A stretch of 64,000 nucleotides of DNA from Squalus acanthias (lineage: Eukaryota). The stretch is from contig JASTWF010000071.1 of the NCBI GenBank assembly GCA_030390025.1, forward strand, positions 930,001 through 994,000, given 5' to 3'. Position numbers and translations under genes: made by a program. Under the pieces are notes generated by a model that did not search any database, was not told the DNA's origin, and saw nothing but the letters and a program-made list of their open reading frames with translations. Of this stretch, positions 63,098 through 64,000 are shown piece after piece; the stretch's first letter is position 1; each line of letters starts with the position of its first letter.

Positions 63098-64000
63098 CTC
63101 CTGACTGCTATACTGCTACTGAGAATGCTTGGATCATGACAGGATCGGGTTTAGCTATGATGCCCTCCACAGTCAAACAGGCTGCTAAGATTCACCATCG
63201 AGGTCCACACATCAATTACTTAGGCATGGTAATACAGGATAATCCCAGCCTGTGGAACCCTACCCCTGAAAGCACTTTATGTCTTCAGCAGTAGAGGGAA
63301 GGAATTGGGAAGAACAAAACCAATAAATAGTTTTCTGATGAATGTTGGACATCCTAGAGAATTAAGGGCTAATAATCAAACTTCCTTGTAACTTGGAACA
63401 ACAGGCTCTCTGATATAAACAAGATAGCTTCAGGGTGCCACAGGAGAAAGCATAGCCTGTCTTCTGCTTTTGATGTCGGAGTATCATCTACAAGAAATGC
63501 TTGTATAAGGAAATAAGTGACTGGGAAGAGATCAACCATGGATGATTAAAGTATAACTTTAGTGGCTAGTGTAATAAACATAGGCAGAGGGATCTATTAA
63601 CTATAGTGTGGAAAGATAACATTAGAACAGTTGAGTCAGGAATACTTGTTTGTGAAAAGAATCTTTGAAGTAAACAACTTCGACTGTTTACGTTAATAGA
63701 CTGTTTTCAAAGGATTCAGGAACAGATACATCATGAGATGCACCTTATCTGTGACATGTACCTTTGATGTAGGCAAAATATGGTGTATAAAGGAGCAAGG
63801 TTATCAACAGTTCTTCAGAGGGCTCGAAAGATAGGACCAGAAACCGAAAGCCACTCTGCGCCCAGTTGGGCCGATCACCTATACTGTGCATCAATAAAGT
63901 CTGTTCCGTATACTCCACCATCAAGTGTCTTGTGCTTACTCGAAACGGGTCGTGAACCAGAGAAGGCAGGAGGTTGACCAACAGCTCAATGTTAACAATG

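Noticed and set aside
60700-64000. Further upstream PRKCSH exons or a separate gene
   Set aside because: No segment encoding the expected coiled-coil or LDLa-like sequence with splice sites was found. The short ORFs at 62261-62443 and 63745-63981 have no recognisable motifs.

Overview
Vertebrate genomic DNA, most likely a shark or ray, judging from HE1/V-SINE, Deu-domain SINEs and CR1 tails. The window holds the 3' ends of two convergent genes. On the + strand is the terminal coding exon of ELAVL3/HuC (hinge end plus RRM3, 1523-1850, with an in-frame 21-nt alternative acceptor), followed by a repeat-poor AU-rich stretch that probably forms an ~11-kb 3'UTR ending at AATAAA 12918. On the - strand are ten coding exons of PRKCSH (glucosidase II beta: EF-hands, acidic tract, MRH domain, HDEL) spanning 60676 to 27095, plus a probable non-coding last exon. 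The remainder is intronic and intergenic DNA rich in CR1 and L2 LINE fragments, several SINE families and hAT-type MITEs, with one 182-nt assembly gap. The most notable elements are Penelope-like retroelement insertions carrying minimal hammerhead ribozymes. One has a GIY-YIG remnant and lies in a triple-nested insertion. Another is a perfect 121-bp inverted repeat with a ribozyme on each strand. Both sit inside CR1 fragments with 12-bp target-site duplications. A second ribozyme-bearing repeat family is also present. All calls were made by eye and from recalled family features; no database searches were run.
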